A stretch of 42,291 nt of DNA, from IMG/VR virus record IMGVR_UViG_3300033402_000025, positions 1 to 42,291 of that record; one strand, given 5' to 3'. Both the position numbers and the translations under genes were made by a program. The notes below the pieces were generated by a model, which saw only the letters and a list, made by a program, of their open reading frames with translations, did no database searches and had not been told where the DNA came from. Below are positions 8,188-15,498 of this stretch, in pieces. How positions within the stretch are numbered: position 1 is the stretch's first letter; every line of letters begins with the position of its first letter. This DNA is from a virus (taxonomy: Duplodnaviria; Caudoviricetes).

Positions 8188-8838
8188 CTACCTACCCGGC
8201 GGAGTCCAGAAGATCGGGATACGGCCCGGATTCTCCCGGAAGTATCGGTCCAGGGCGTCGTAGAACTGCTGGCGCTCCTCGGGAGAGAGTTGCCTGGGCG
8301 GAGGCGCGGGAGCGGGAGCCGGCCCCGGCTGACGCGCTACCTGGTACGCGATTCTTTCCGCCGCGGCGCGCTCGCGCGCCCCACGCTCCTGAATGGCCTT
8401 GATAGCATCGGAACTCGGCAGCGGCTCCGCATTTGCGGCGGCCAAAGATGACGCCACGGCGTCTCGCACCGTGGAAGACATCCAGCCCGGCAGCAGCTCG
8501 GCATTTGCGGCGGCCGGAGAAGGAGCGATCACCCAATACAGCGCCTGGATGATCGGACTCTCTCCAATCTCCTGCCCGGTGAAAGTGAGCGCCGTGCCGC
8601 TGAGGGTATAGTCCGTTCCTCCCAACATCAAGAGCCCGTTCACGTACACCATTACACCCGTGTTCGCCGCTGGCGTTCCGGTCAAAGCGAACCTCTGGCC
8701 CCGTGTCTGGAAGACATCGAGCCGCGGCGTCAAGACAACCGACTGCGTATAGACCGGCGCCTGTCCGCGCGCCGGCCCGAGCGATAGCGACGCGCAAAGC
8801 AGCGCCGCCGCCAAGACGTACTTAATGCTGGATTTCAT
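8188..8838 (-). CDS. Secreted protein with a virion-structural-type beta domain
   Basis: Signal peptide MKSSIKYVLAAALLCASLSLGPARG|Q; FALTGTP..VMVYVNGLLMLGGTDYTLSGTALTF domain; low-complexity C-terminus; AAAGGA RBS. Confidence 0.75.
   Translation of the reverse strand: MKSSIKYVLAAALLCASLSLGPARGQAPVYTQSVVLTPRLDVFQTRGQRFALTGTPAANTGVMVYVNGLLMLGGTDYTLSGTALTFTGQEIGESPIIQALYWVIAPSPAAANAELLPGWMSSTVRDAVASSLAAANAEPLPSSDAIKAIQERGARERAAAERIAYQVARQPGPAPAPAPPPRQLSPEERQQFYDALDRYFRENPGRIPIFWTPPGR
8416..8515. repeat. Imperfect 28-bp direct repeat (AAANAE[L/P]LP twice)
   Basis: cggcagc(g/a)gctc(c/g)gcatttgcggcggcc at 8416-8443 and 8488-8515. Confidence 0.75.
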
Positions 8839-8856
8839 GGTTTCCTTTGGGCTGAA

Positions 8857-10092
8857 TTATCGAAGAACGCACCTACCGCTCCACGCAGCAGGGAAATAGA
8901 CAGTCACATCGAACGTGGTGGGGTCCGACACCCACCCGTTAGGCTCCAAGTTCACCGGTGGAGTATCGGCGCTATAGCAACTCACCGTCAGGTCCGCCGT
9001 GCCAAGATTGTGCGTTGCACCCAGAACGGTGATCGATGTCTGCCCTGTGAAGTTGGCCGTATACCGCACAGCCACCGGCTGCCACTGGCCGGCGCTGGCG
9101 CTCCAGCGCATCATCTGGCCATCGGACGGAGTGGCGGAGGACACCGCCTTACCCTGAAGTTTCGCAACTGTGGCCGAGGTCAGAGCGCCGGAGAGATCAC
9201 CTCCGGGTGTTATCGCCGCCTCTAGGTCCGCCTGGTTCGCCAGCGTTCCCCCGATTTGCCCCCACGTGCCGCTTGCGCCCGCGACAAATCCGGGTACCCA
9301 GGCCGAACCGCTCCACGTCGGCGATTGCCCTGGCTGTGCCCCGTTCTGCGCGAGCTGCTGCCACTGCACCATGTAGGATGGCAATGGGGTCGTAGTCACA
9401 ACCACGGAACCCACTTCCACCGGAGCGGAACCCGTTGGCACTACCCAGGTCTCAGTCCACGCCCTTCCGCCCGTCAAAGACCACGAAACCGAGTAACTCG
9501 TGCCGCTCGGCACGCAGGTGTCATTTGGCATCAGGCTGACGTTAAATAGCCCACCGGTGAACTTGACGGCTACCGTTTTATCCCCCACGTAAACCGGCCC
9601 GGATTTGCAGACGCCGTTCGGGCGAATGAGCGCTTGCCCGCTCGCCGGCGTACCGTCCGGATTGACCACGGTTTGTGATATGGCCGTCGTACCGGGACCG
9701 TGCTGACTGAACCACAGCGTTACCCAGGCGGGAGCCGAAACCGTGCCAACGACCACGGAATCGACGGAAACAGGACTACTGCTTGTTGGCACGTTCCAGG
9801 TCTGAACCCACATAGCGCCCCCGGCCAGCGCCCATGAAGCGGTGTACGAGGTGCCACTCGGCACGCACGTATCGTTAGGCACTAAGCTGACACTGAACGC
9901 GCCGCCGGAGAAGGTCACGGATACGGTCTGGTTTCCGACGTAATCCGACCCGGATTGGCAAGCGGCCGATGGTCGAATGTAGACCGTTCCACTCGCCGGC
10001 GTGCCGTCCGGATTTACGACCGTCTGCGTCAGGGTCGTTGTCGCCCCGAACATTGATACGCCGCCGGCCAGAAACAATAGAAGTCTCTTCAT
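8857..10092 (-). CDS. Signal-peptide-bearing fibre/adhesin-like protein with a tandemly duplicated ~100-aa domain
   Basis: MKRLLLFLAGGVSMFG|A; two copies of QTVVNPDGTPASG...PNDTCVPSGTSY...TWxVPT; GGDLSG..TVAKLQG..PSDGQMMRW shaft motif; THNLGT-type C-terminal domain. Confidence 0.8.
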   Translation of the reverse strand: MKRLLLFLAGGVSMFGATTTLTQTVVNPDGTPASGTVYIRPSAACQSGSDYVGNQTVSVTFSGGAFSVSLVPNDTCVPSGTSYTASWALAGGAMWVQTWNVPTSSSPVSVDSVVVGTVSAPAWVTLWFSQHGPGTTAISQTVVNPDGTPASGQALIRPNGVCKSGPVYVGDKTVAVKFTGGLFNVSLMPNDTCVPSGTSYSVSWSLTGGRAWTETWVVPTGSAPVEVGSVVVTTTPLPSYMVQWQQLAQNGAQPGQSPTWSGSAWVPGFVAGASGTWGQIGGTLANQADLEAAITPGGDLSGALTSATVAKLQGKAVSSATPSDGQMMRWSASAGQWQPVAVRYTANFTGQTSITVLGATHNLGTADLTVSCYSADTPPVNLEPNGWVSDPTTFDVTVYFPAAWSGRCVLR

Positions 10093-10097
10093 GCCTT

Positions 10098-10763
10098 TCA
10101 CATTCCCCCCGCCGCCGCAAACTGCCGCGGCCCTTCGCACGCCGGCAATCGATCCGAGCATATCTGCCGTATGTGCGCCGTGACTGACGCGCGCCGCCGC
10201 ATCGGTTCCACCGATACCCGGACCTCATTGAAGTAGTCCCGCACCGGGTACAGCGCGTATGGCCGCAACTCACCGTAGATCCGTCCGAGGCGTTGCTCCA
10301 CGCGATAGACCGCGTGAAAGAACGTCCCCCGGTCCATGCCGAGACGCCGCGTGCAGAAGTTCCAATCCCACCCGTGCAGAAAATGGAAATCGAAGACGCC
10401 CCAAAGTTGGGCATTGAGTTCGCGCCGCGCGACAATCTCGAAGTCCGCCATGTACTCCGCCTGCTTGAGGGAGTAGTACCTCTTTCCGTCGCGCCCGGTA
10501 GCGCAATAGGCGAAGTCAACCTTGCCGCTGAATCCCGCATTCACGCGCAACTGGCGGTACCGCCTGTAACACACGCGAAAGATCTCCCGGAAGGCGCAAT
10601 TGCAAGGCCCCGACGACTGACGCTCTCGCTCTATCCAGCCGGTTCCGTTACAGTGCGCGCAAGTGCCCCTCGCCAGTCCGATCACCATAGACCGGTTCCA
10701 GAACCGCGCCCTTCCCGGCGCCGTCCGCGGCTCGATGACCTCGACCTTTTGACGCATCGGCAT
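10098..10763 (-). CDS. Zn-finger plus C-terminal HTH protein, candidate late-gene activator/antiterminator
   Basis: CAHCNGTG..PCNC; C-terminal FHFLHGWDWNFCTRRLGMDRGTFFHAVYRVEQRL resembles a sigma-region-4 HTH. Confidence 0.65.
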   Translation of the reverse strand: MPMRQKVEVIEPRTAPGRARFWNRSMVIGLARGTCAHCNGTGWIERERQSSGPCNCAFREIFRVCYRRYRQLRVNAGFSGKVDFAYCATGRDGKRYYSLKQAEYMADFEIVARRELNAQLWGVFDFHFLHGWDWNFCTRRLGMDRGTFFHAVYRVEQRLGRIYGELRPYALYPVRDYFNEVRVSVEPMRRRASVTAHIRQICSDRLPACEGPRQFAAAGGM

Positions 10764-11008
10764 CAGTCTTTCTTCCTTCGGAGCACATACTCCACGCCGG
10801 TCAGTGCGGCTCCGGCTACCGGGATTCCGTCGTACAGGAGTCGGCGGATCTTTGCGTAATCGGGAGACTTCCGCGTCTGCATCAGCCCGGCAGCTTCCAG
10901 CGCGGCGAGGTCCGTGATCTCAATCGCGGCCCGGCGGTCCAACTGGAGACCAAACCGCTCCACCATCGCCAGCACCGCGCAGTCTTCCTCGAACGGGCTC
11001 TCAGTCAT
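10763..11008 (-). CDS. Small protein resembling the C-terminal part of Siphovirus Gp157
   Basis: IEITD...KSPDYAKIRRLLYDGIPVAGAAL. Confidence 0.6.
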   Translation of the reverse strand: MTESPFEEDCAVLAMVERFGLQLDRRAAIEITDLAALEAAGLMQTRKSPDYAKIRRLLYDGIPVAGAALTGVEYVLRRKKD

Positions 11009-11199
11009 AGCCGCTGCCAGATGGGATCGAGCGCTCGCAGGCGCGCGGCGAGTTCATCGGCGATACCCGCTTCCAACTCGGCCAAGTGCGCGCCGATGAC
11101 CCGCCGCTCGATGGCCGAGCCGACGCCCGGCCCCTCGACCTCTCTCCGGTCGTCGATCTTCGCGAGGATTGCGGCCTCGCGCGCCATCCGCTCTTTCAT
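11005..11199 (-). CDS. Hypothetical phage protein
   Basis: ATG at 11199 after GAGGT; overlaps neighbours by ATGA. Confidence 0.6.
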   Translation of the reverse strand: MKERMAREAAILAKIDDRREVEGPGVGSAIERRVIGAHLAELEAGIADELAARLRALDPIWQRL

Positions 11200-11486
11200 G
11201 CATCCACCTCCCCGCGCGACCCGAAAAGAGGGGCGGATGGTTCGCAGGCCACCCGCCCACAAGGAGAAAAAAAAGGACCCTCGACCGCAACGAGCGCATC
11301 CCATACCGTGCCCGCGACGCCCTCATGCCAGCGACGGGATACACACACCCTCCAGCAGACGCCGCGCGCCCGGTCGATCCTGATTTCTACGCGATGTCCC
11401 CCAACCGTGCCGGCCCACTTCCTCTCCGGGTCCGCATGGACCTCTCGGATGATCCGGCTTCGCTTGGCTGGGGAGACTTCGGGCAT
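11196..11486 (-). CDS. Hypothetical phage protein
   Basis: Tight packing in the early operon. Confidence 0.55.
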   Translation of the reverse strand: MPEVSPAKRSRIIREVHADPERKWAGTVGGHRVEIRIDRARGVCWRVCVSRRWHEGVAGTVWDALVAVEGPFFSPCGRVACEPSAPLFGSRGEVDA

Positions 11487-11487
11487 G

Positions 11488-11655
11488 TCACGCGCCTATT
11501 GCGCACAGGCGCGCATTCGCGTGCCCAGCCCCGCGGCACTCGCGCAACTTCTCCGCCAGCACGCCCGTCCGGCTATCCGCCGGCCAGTACAGCATCCGTC
11601 CATCGAGCGGGTGGTAATAGACCACCTCGAACCGCTGCGCCAGGCTGCCCTTCAT
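11488..11655 (-). CDS. 55-aa hypothetical protein (not in ORF track)
   Basis: MKGSLAQRFEVVYYHPLDGRMLYWPADSRTGVLAEKLRECRGAGHANARLCAIGA*; TGATG overlap upstream and a 1-nt gap downstream. Confidence 0.6.
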   Translation of the reverse strand: MKGSLAQRFEVVYYHPLDGRMLYWPADSRTGVLAEKLRECRGAGHANARLCAIGA

Positions 11656-12176
11656 CACATGCACCCCGGCGCCGGGGCGACTCGCCCCTGGCGCCCGCGG
11701 CCCACCATCGCTTCGACACAGGCGTCCAAGGTGCTTGGAATGCGCGCATGGAGTCCGTAGTATTCCGGATCTTCATCGCGCTTCCACGCCGCCTCAAGTC
11801 GCGTAAACTCCACGTCCCTGACGGCCGCCCGGACCAGCGCGGTGAAATCCTCGATACGCTCGCGCGCCGCCGCCGGCAGATCGGCCGTGCAGGCCGCTCC
11901 CGAGGCTTCCCGCGCTACCCGCTGCCGGATCGCTTCTTCGATCCAGGCGCTCTTACTGGTGCGCTGCCCTGCCATCCGTCCCACCTCAGCATTGAGACCC
12001 GATGAGAGCCTCAGCTTCACCTGTTCGCTTTTCTGGGCCACCTCGATGCTCACAGACACTCCATTCCCCTGCCCGCGCACACGAATGGCGCGGGCCGCGT
12101 TCGGCTGTTTCGGATAAACTGTCCTGTTGATAGGCTGTGGAGGAGAGGGGCTGGACGTTCCGGCGCCGTGATTCAC
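11655..12176 (-). CDS. Ribbon-helix-helix-like DNA-binding protein (true start probably downstream of 12176)
   Basis: EQVKLRLSSGLNAEVGRMAGQRTSKSAWIEEAIRQRV fits the Arc/CopG RHH pattern. Confidence 0.65.
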   Translation of the reverse strand: MNHGAGTSSPSPPQPINRTVYPKQPNAARAIRVRGQGNGVSVSIEVAQKSEQVKLRLSSGLNAEVGRMAGQRTSKSAWIEEAIRQRVAREASGAACTADLPAAARERIEDFTALVRAAVRDVEFTRLEAAWKRDEDPEYYGLHARIPSTLDACVEAMVGRGRQGRVAPAPGCM

Positions 12177-12224
12177 GGGGCCGTTGTCGCGTCCGTTCCT
12201 TCCTTCAGCCTTCGGATTCTTTCC

Positions 12225-12249
12225 CTGGATTCGCTATGTCCGAATCCAG
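12225..12249. repeat. Perfect 9-bp inverted repeat (hairpin) in the early leader
   Basis: CTGGATTCG-ctatgtc-CGAATCCAG. Confidence 0.75.
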
Positions 12250-12251
12250 CA

Positions 12252-12386
12252 TCACCATAGCGCGAAGGCGCGCACTCTGTCTGATTCGTGGTACCTCGAA
12301 TTCTGCTTAGCCGCCCTGATCCTGGCCGCCAAAATCCGGCGTCCTTTTGCGGGATCGGCGAAGCGCGCTTTCGGGCCTCTCAGCAT
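12252..12386 (-). CDS. 44-aa basic ORF, possible first early gene or leader peptide
   Basis: MLRGPKARFADPAKGRRILAARIRAAKQNSRYHESDRVRAFALW*, just downstream of a putative promoter; no SD. Confidence 0.35.
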   Translation of the reverse strand: MLRGPKARFADPAKGRRILAARIRAAKQNSRYHESDRVRAFALW

Positions 12387-12398
12387 TTTTCAAAACAG

Positions 12399-12480
12399 AT
12401 AGTAGAACCAGTACGGGGAAATATCGAGAATATTTTACGCATAAGAGCAAAAGTATATTTGCTGTTCTGCTATTTTGCTC
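12399..12480. promoter_or_regulatory. AT-rich divergent control region with putative leftward promoter and operators
   Basis: Minus strand TCGATA-17-TACTAT (12427..12399). Inverted repeats AAATAT-5-ATATTT (12419-12435), AGCAAA-6-TTTGCT (12446-12463) and GAGCAAAA...TTTTGCTC (12445-12480). Confidence 0.6.
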
Positions 12481-12535
12481 AAGCGCGTTGATTCAAAAAG
12501 AAAACACCATTCCGTCGTCCGCTGGCGGAAAATAA

Positions 12536-12892
12536 GTGCAGATGCTAAAGAAGAGACGCGACGATCCGGTTAAGCTGTCTGTGTGCGTCACGAAGGCCGA
12601 GGATGCGGCGATCCTGCTGGAATCTAAGGTCAAGAGGCGCATCACAAAGCAGGATTGGCTCGCTGAAGCTGTCCGAGAGTACCTGAGGGGCGCGGGCGTC
12701 ATCCCCGGAGATGCGGGTCCGCTGGCCGGACTCTCCCCGGAGGATCAGCGAAGAGTGCAGCGATACATCGACCTACTAAACGCCGCTGGGGAAGACCGGA
12801 TGTTCCGCGTTGCAGTAGATTCCAACATCGATCTCTTCGAGCGCCTCCTGTCCTATCCCCCCAGAACTGTCCCTCCTGAAACTACGAAGTGA
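12536..12892 (+). CDS. Putative prophage repressor, RHH-like N-terminus
   Basis: Divergent from the early operon; PVKLSVCVTKAEDAAILLE..RITKQDWLAEAVREYL RHH pattern; helical C-terminus; no S24 peptidase. Confidence 0.65.
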   Translation: MQMLKKRRDDPVKLSVCVTKAEDAAILLESKVKRRITKQDWLAEAVREYLRGAGVIPGDAGPLAGLSPEDQRRVQRYIDLLNAAGEDRMFRVAVDSNIDLFERLLSYPPRTVPPETTK

Positions 12893-12969
12893 CGCGTATG
12901 TACTATATCCTCTATAAGTAACGGTATTACCTATGCGGTGAGATCATACACATACTAGCTGAAAAAAGC

Positions 12970-13005
12970 TTGAGAGGAATCGGGCCGGAGATATACCACA
13001 TATAC
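12970..13005 (+). promoter_or_regulatory. Putative leaderless promoter for the second ZAS miniprotein
   Basis: TTGAGA (12970-75), 18 nt, TACCAC (12994-99), 6 nt, ATG (13006); mirrors 178-212. Confidence 0.4.
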
Positions 13006-13194
13006 ATGAGCCATCTAACTGAGCACGACCTGGAGCGATACACGCCGGGGATGGTCACCGACCCGCAAGAACTGGCGGCGCTTGAAGAGCATTACCTCGG
13101 ATGCCCAGTATGCGCTGAACTTGCGCAGAGGACCGAAGAGTATGTAATTGCGTTGCGCCGCGCGCTGATTGTCGGCAACTTCGACCTGGAGTGA
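13006..13194 (+). CDS. Second stand-alone ZAS (zf-HC2)-like miniprotein
   Basis: MSHLTEHDLERY...LEEHYLGCPVC (HxxxCxxC); aligns with 529..726. Confidence 0.75.
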   Translation: MSHLTEHDLERYTPGMVTDPQELAALEEHYLGCPVCAELAQRTEEYVIALRRALIVGNFDLE

Positions 13195-13210
13195 GTTAGT
13201 AGCCCCCGAT

Positions 13211-13672
13211 TCACGGCAGCAGAATAGCGTGAACCAGATCCAGCGCCTCATCGAGCGAGCCCACCACGAACGGCACGGTCGCCCGGACGATGGCGTGATC
13301 GTGCAGGTTCCCCGGCTCCATGATGGCCACCATTGGCCGCCGCGCCGCGTCCGCCCACCCGACCTCGATGCACGTGCCGACGCTTACCCGCGCGGCTCCC
13401 AGGAAGTTGAATAGCACCACGTCCGCCCGCTGACAGTCGAACCGGTCGCGCGACGTGATGCCCTGAGGCGTGCTGAGGGGATGCCCGTGGTAACCGAGCG
13501 ATTCAAGCTTGCTCTGCACCTCGGCCAGGAAGTGCTTACACCGCAACGGCGAAAGCCCCACGATGGGCGGCTTCAATCGGCGCTGCGCATCCGCTCGCCA
13601 GTCGTTCGCCCCGTCGAACGTCAGGCCCGTAATGGGGCCTGCGAGATAGACCAGCTTTTCCGCCCCCATCAC
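13211..13672 (-). CDS. Nucleoside 2-deoxyribosyltransferase-like / dNMP N-glycosidase family protein
   Basis: VYLAGPI, WR, ITSRDRFDCQRADVVL, SVGTCIEVGWA. Confidence 0.88.
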   Translation of the reverse strand: MMGAEKLVYLAGPITGLTFDGANDWRADAQRRLKPPIVGLSPLRCKHFLAEVQSKLESLGYHGHPLSTPQGITSRDRFDCQRADVVLFNFLGAARVSVGTCIEVGWADAARRPMVAIMEPGNLHDHAIVRATVPFVVGSLDEALDLVHAILLP

Positions 13673-14091
13673 TTCCCCTTCTCCGCCGCCTTCACCGACA
13701 GATCATCCAGCTCCGGGTGAATGTCTTCGTGGTGCATGATGCAACAGAGGTTCCACACCGCCTGTGCCAGGTGATCCTCGTTCGGGTTGACATCCGCCGG
13801 CAGCCGGTCCAGCGGGATGCCCTCGCGCCGGAACAGGGAGATCATCTGGTAATCGTTCAAGTGCCGCTGCGCCGAGTCCGCGAACCGCGACAACGGCGAG
13901 CCCTTCTCCCAGTTGCGGGCTTGGTATTTGGCGGCCCCGCGCTCATAGACCAGCGCGAGCCGCCTCAGCGCCAGGGGCGTAATCAACTCGAACCGCCCCT
14001 TTCCCTCCCTGGTATCCCGCACCATTCCGGAGCAGAAAGTCTCCCGCGCCCCGCTATCCGCCACGATGAAGTCTCGCTTGCGATTACTCAT
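13669..14091 (-). CDS. dATP/dGTP diphosphohydrolase-domain (DUF5664) protein
   Basis: SGMVRD..GKGRFELI..ALRRLALVYERGAAKY..RNWEKG..SAQRHL..EDHLAQAVWN. Confidence 0.88.
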   Translation of the reverse strand: MSNRKRDFIVADSGARETFCSGMVRDTREGKGRFELITPLALRRLALVYERGAAKYQARNWEKGSPLSRFADSAQRHLNDYQMISLFRREGIPLDRLPADVNPNEDHLAQAVWNLCCIMHHEDIHPELDDLSVKAAEKGK

Positions 14092-14357
14092 TTTCTCCGG
14101 CTCCGTACCGGGAAAGCCCTCTCCAAGTCCACGTCCCGCCGCTCGATAATGCCCGACTTGGGAATGTTCAGGCGCCACCGTCCCGGCCGCGTATCGTCAG
14201 CCTGGCTCTCCATGCCGATCAGAAGCGCTTCGTCGCTCTCCGCCAAGAGGAAGCCCACCTCACACAACTCCGACAACTCCGGCACGGCGGCCCGCGGAGT
14301 GGAATCCGCGGCCTCCACCGAACAGGCATCTTTCCAGCGGACGTACGTGACCGTCAT
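14088..14357 (-). CDS. Hypothetical small beta-rich phage protein
   Basis: YVRWKDA...EVGFLL...NIPKSGII pattern; ATGA coupling. Confidence 0.75.
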   Translation of the reverse strand: MTVTYVRWKDACSVEAADSTPRAAVPELSELCEVGFLLAESDEALLIGMESQADDTRPGRWRLNIPKSGIIERRDVDLERAFPVRSRRK

Positions 14358-14617
14358 GGCTTGTGCCTCCGGACGGCCTTACCGGGACGTTTCACTACCA
14401 CGTACGACGCCACGCTCATCGGCCTTCCCGACATGTCGGTGATTACCTTCCGCGATGGGCGAACCAGTCCCTTCTCGATAGCCCGCCTGATTAGCGCCCG
14501 AGCTTTATCCTCGCTCATCGGCCGGACCAGGCGTAATTCCGCGGTAGTGAACCCCTCTCCGCCCTCGTTCGCCTCCCCAACTGCCCGCAGTAGTTCGTCG
14601 AGTGTGATTGATTCCAT
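14354..14617 (-). CDS. Winged-helix-like hypothetical protein
   Basis: GFTTAEL..MSEDKARALIRRAIEKGLV; coupled to neighbours. Confidence 0.7.
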   Translation of the reverse strand: MESITLDELLRAVGEANEGGEGFTTAELRLVRPMSEDKARALIRRAIEKGLVRPSRKVITDMSGRPMSVASYVVVKRPGKAVRRHKP

Positions 14618-14619
14618 GT

Positions 14620-15498
14620 TTACTCCGTTCGGGTCCGCTTGACCGTCCAGACCTTGCTCGTGGCGTACAGCACTCCATCATCGGAATAGCGGACGCTAAC
14701 CCCGCCGAATTGGGGCGTACTGATCCTGGCACCCGGAATCTTCCAGGCGAACGGAGTTTTCCCCTGCCACGCCGGAGTTACGATTGCGCTCGCTTCGCTC
14801 GTTTGCCCCTCCACCGTACCTACCGGGATGGTGATCTGGATGTTCCGGTGACGGTGCGAACGCACAATGATGTCGGGCGGAGTCTGCCGCCAGCGGGAAG
14901 ACTCCACAAACATCTCCGTGAGTTCCTTGTACACAGCCGTCGATTCATAGGCTGTGCTCGATGTCGTTCCCACGTGATGCAGGAAGTTCACCAGCTTTCC
15001 ATCGCCGATCTGCTTCCAGAGGTCCCACCGGCAGTACTGCCCCTCGTCGTTGGGTATGGCCCCCAGCGCGTGCGCCATCGCCTCTTCCGTCTGCGCGCTG
15101 ATTCCCACGTGCGCCTCGGTCCCGCGCACCATGTAGAGGCCGCCCTTTGCCTTTTCCACCTCCGGCGCCAGCAGCGCTTGAGTGACCTTGCATTGATCCC
15201 CTATGTTGTGGGATATGGGAGTGGTGGCCCGGTGATGCACGCCCTCCACCGCATCGCCATTGACCACAATGCAGTACCGCTCTCCCCTGACCGCGAACGG
15301 TACCCACTCATCCCAGAACGTCCGCCACATCGCGTACAGCTTCTGCTGGAATGCCGACGGCAAGTACTTTCCGCCGTCGTCCAGATCGATTCCGCCTGGC
15401 GGGCAGACGGCCAGCTTACAGCCCCCGTGAATATCCGAGACGACGATGATATTGTTTACGTCGTTGATCTTGCGGGGTCCAGCTACGGTCTTCGCCAT
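14620..15498 (-). CDS. Calcineurin-like metallophosphoesterase
   Basis: VVSDIHGG, VNGDAVEG, VRGTEAH, FLHH, RSHRH motifs. Confidence 0.85.
   Translation of the reverse strand: MAKTVAGPRKINDVNNIIVVSDIHGGCKLAVCPPGGIDLDDGGKYLPSAFQQKLYAMWRTFWDEWVPFAVRGERYCIVVNGDAVEGVHHRATTPISHNIGDQCKVTQALLAPEVEKAKGGLYMVRGTEAHVGISAQTEEAMAHALGAIPNDEGQYCRWDLWKQIGDGKLVNFLHHVGTTSSTAYESTAVYKELTEMFVESSRWRQTPPDIIVRSHRHRNIQITIPVGTVEGQTSEASAIVTPAWQGKTPFAWKIPGARISTPQFGGVSVRYSDDGVLYATSKVWTVKRTRTE

Noticed and set aside
11267-11274. A8 (T8 on - strand) tract as a terminator or phase-variation site
   Set aside because: No convincing upstream stem, and the ORF stays in frame through to its ATGA overlap.
13211-14091. 2-aminoadenine (Z-genome) pathway suggested by the dATP/dGTP diphosphohydrolase
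   Set aside because: No PurZ, DatZ-like HD hydrolase or phage DNA polymerase in the window.
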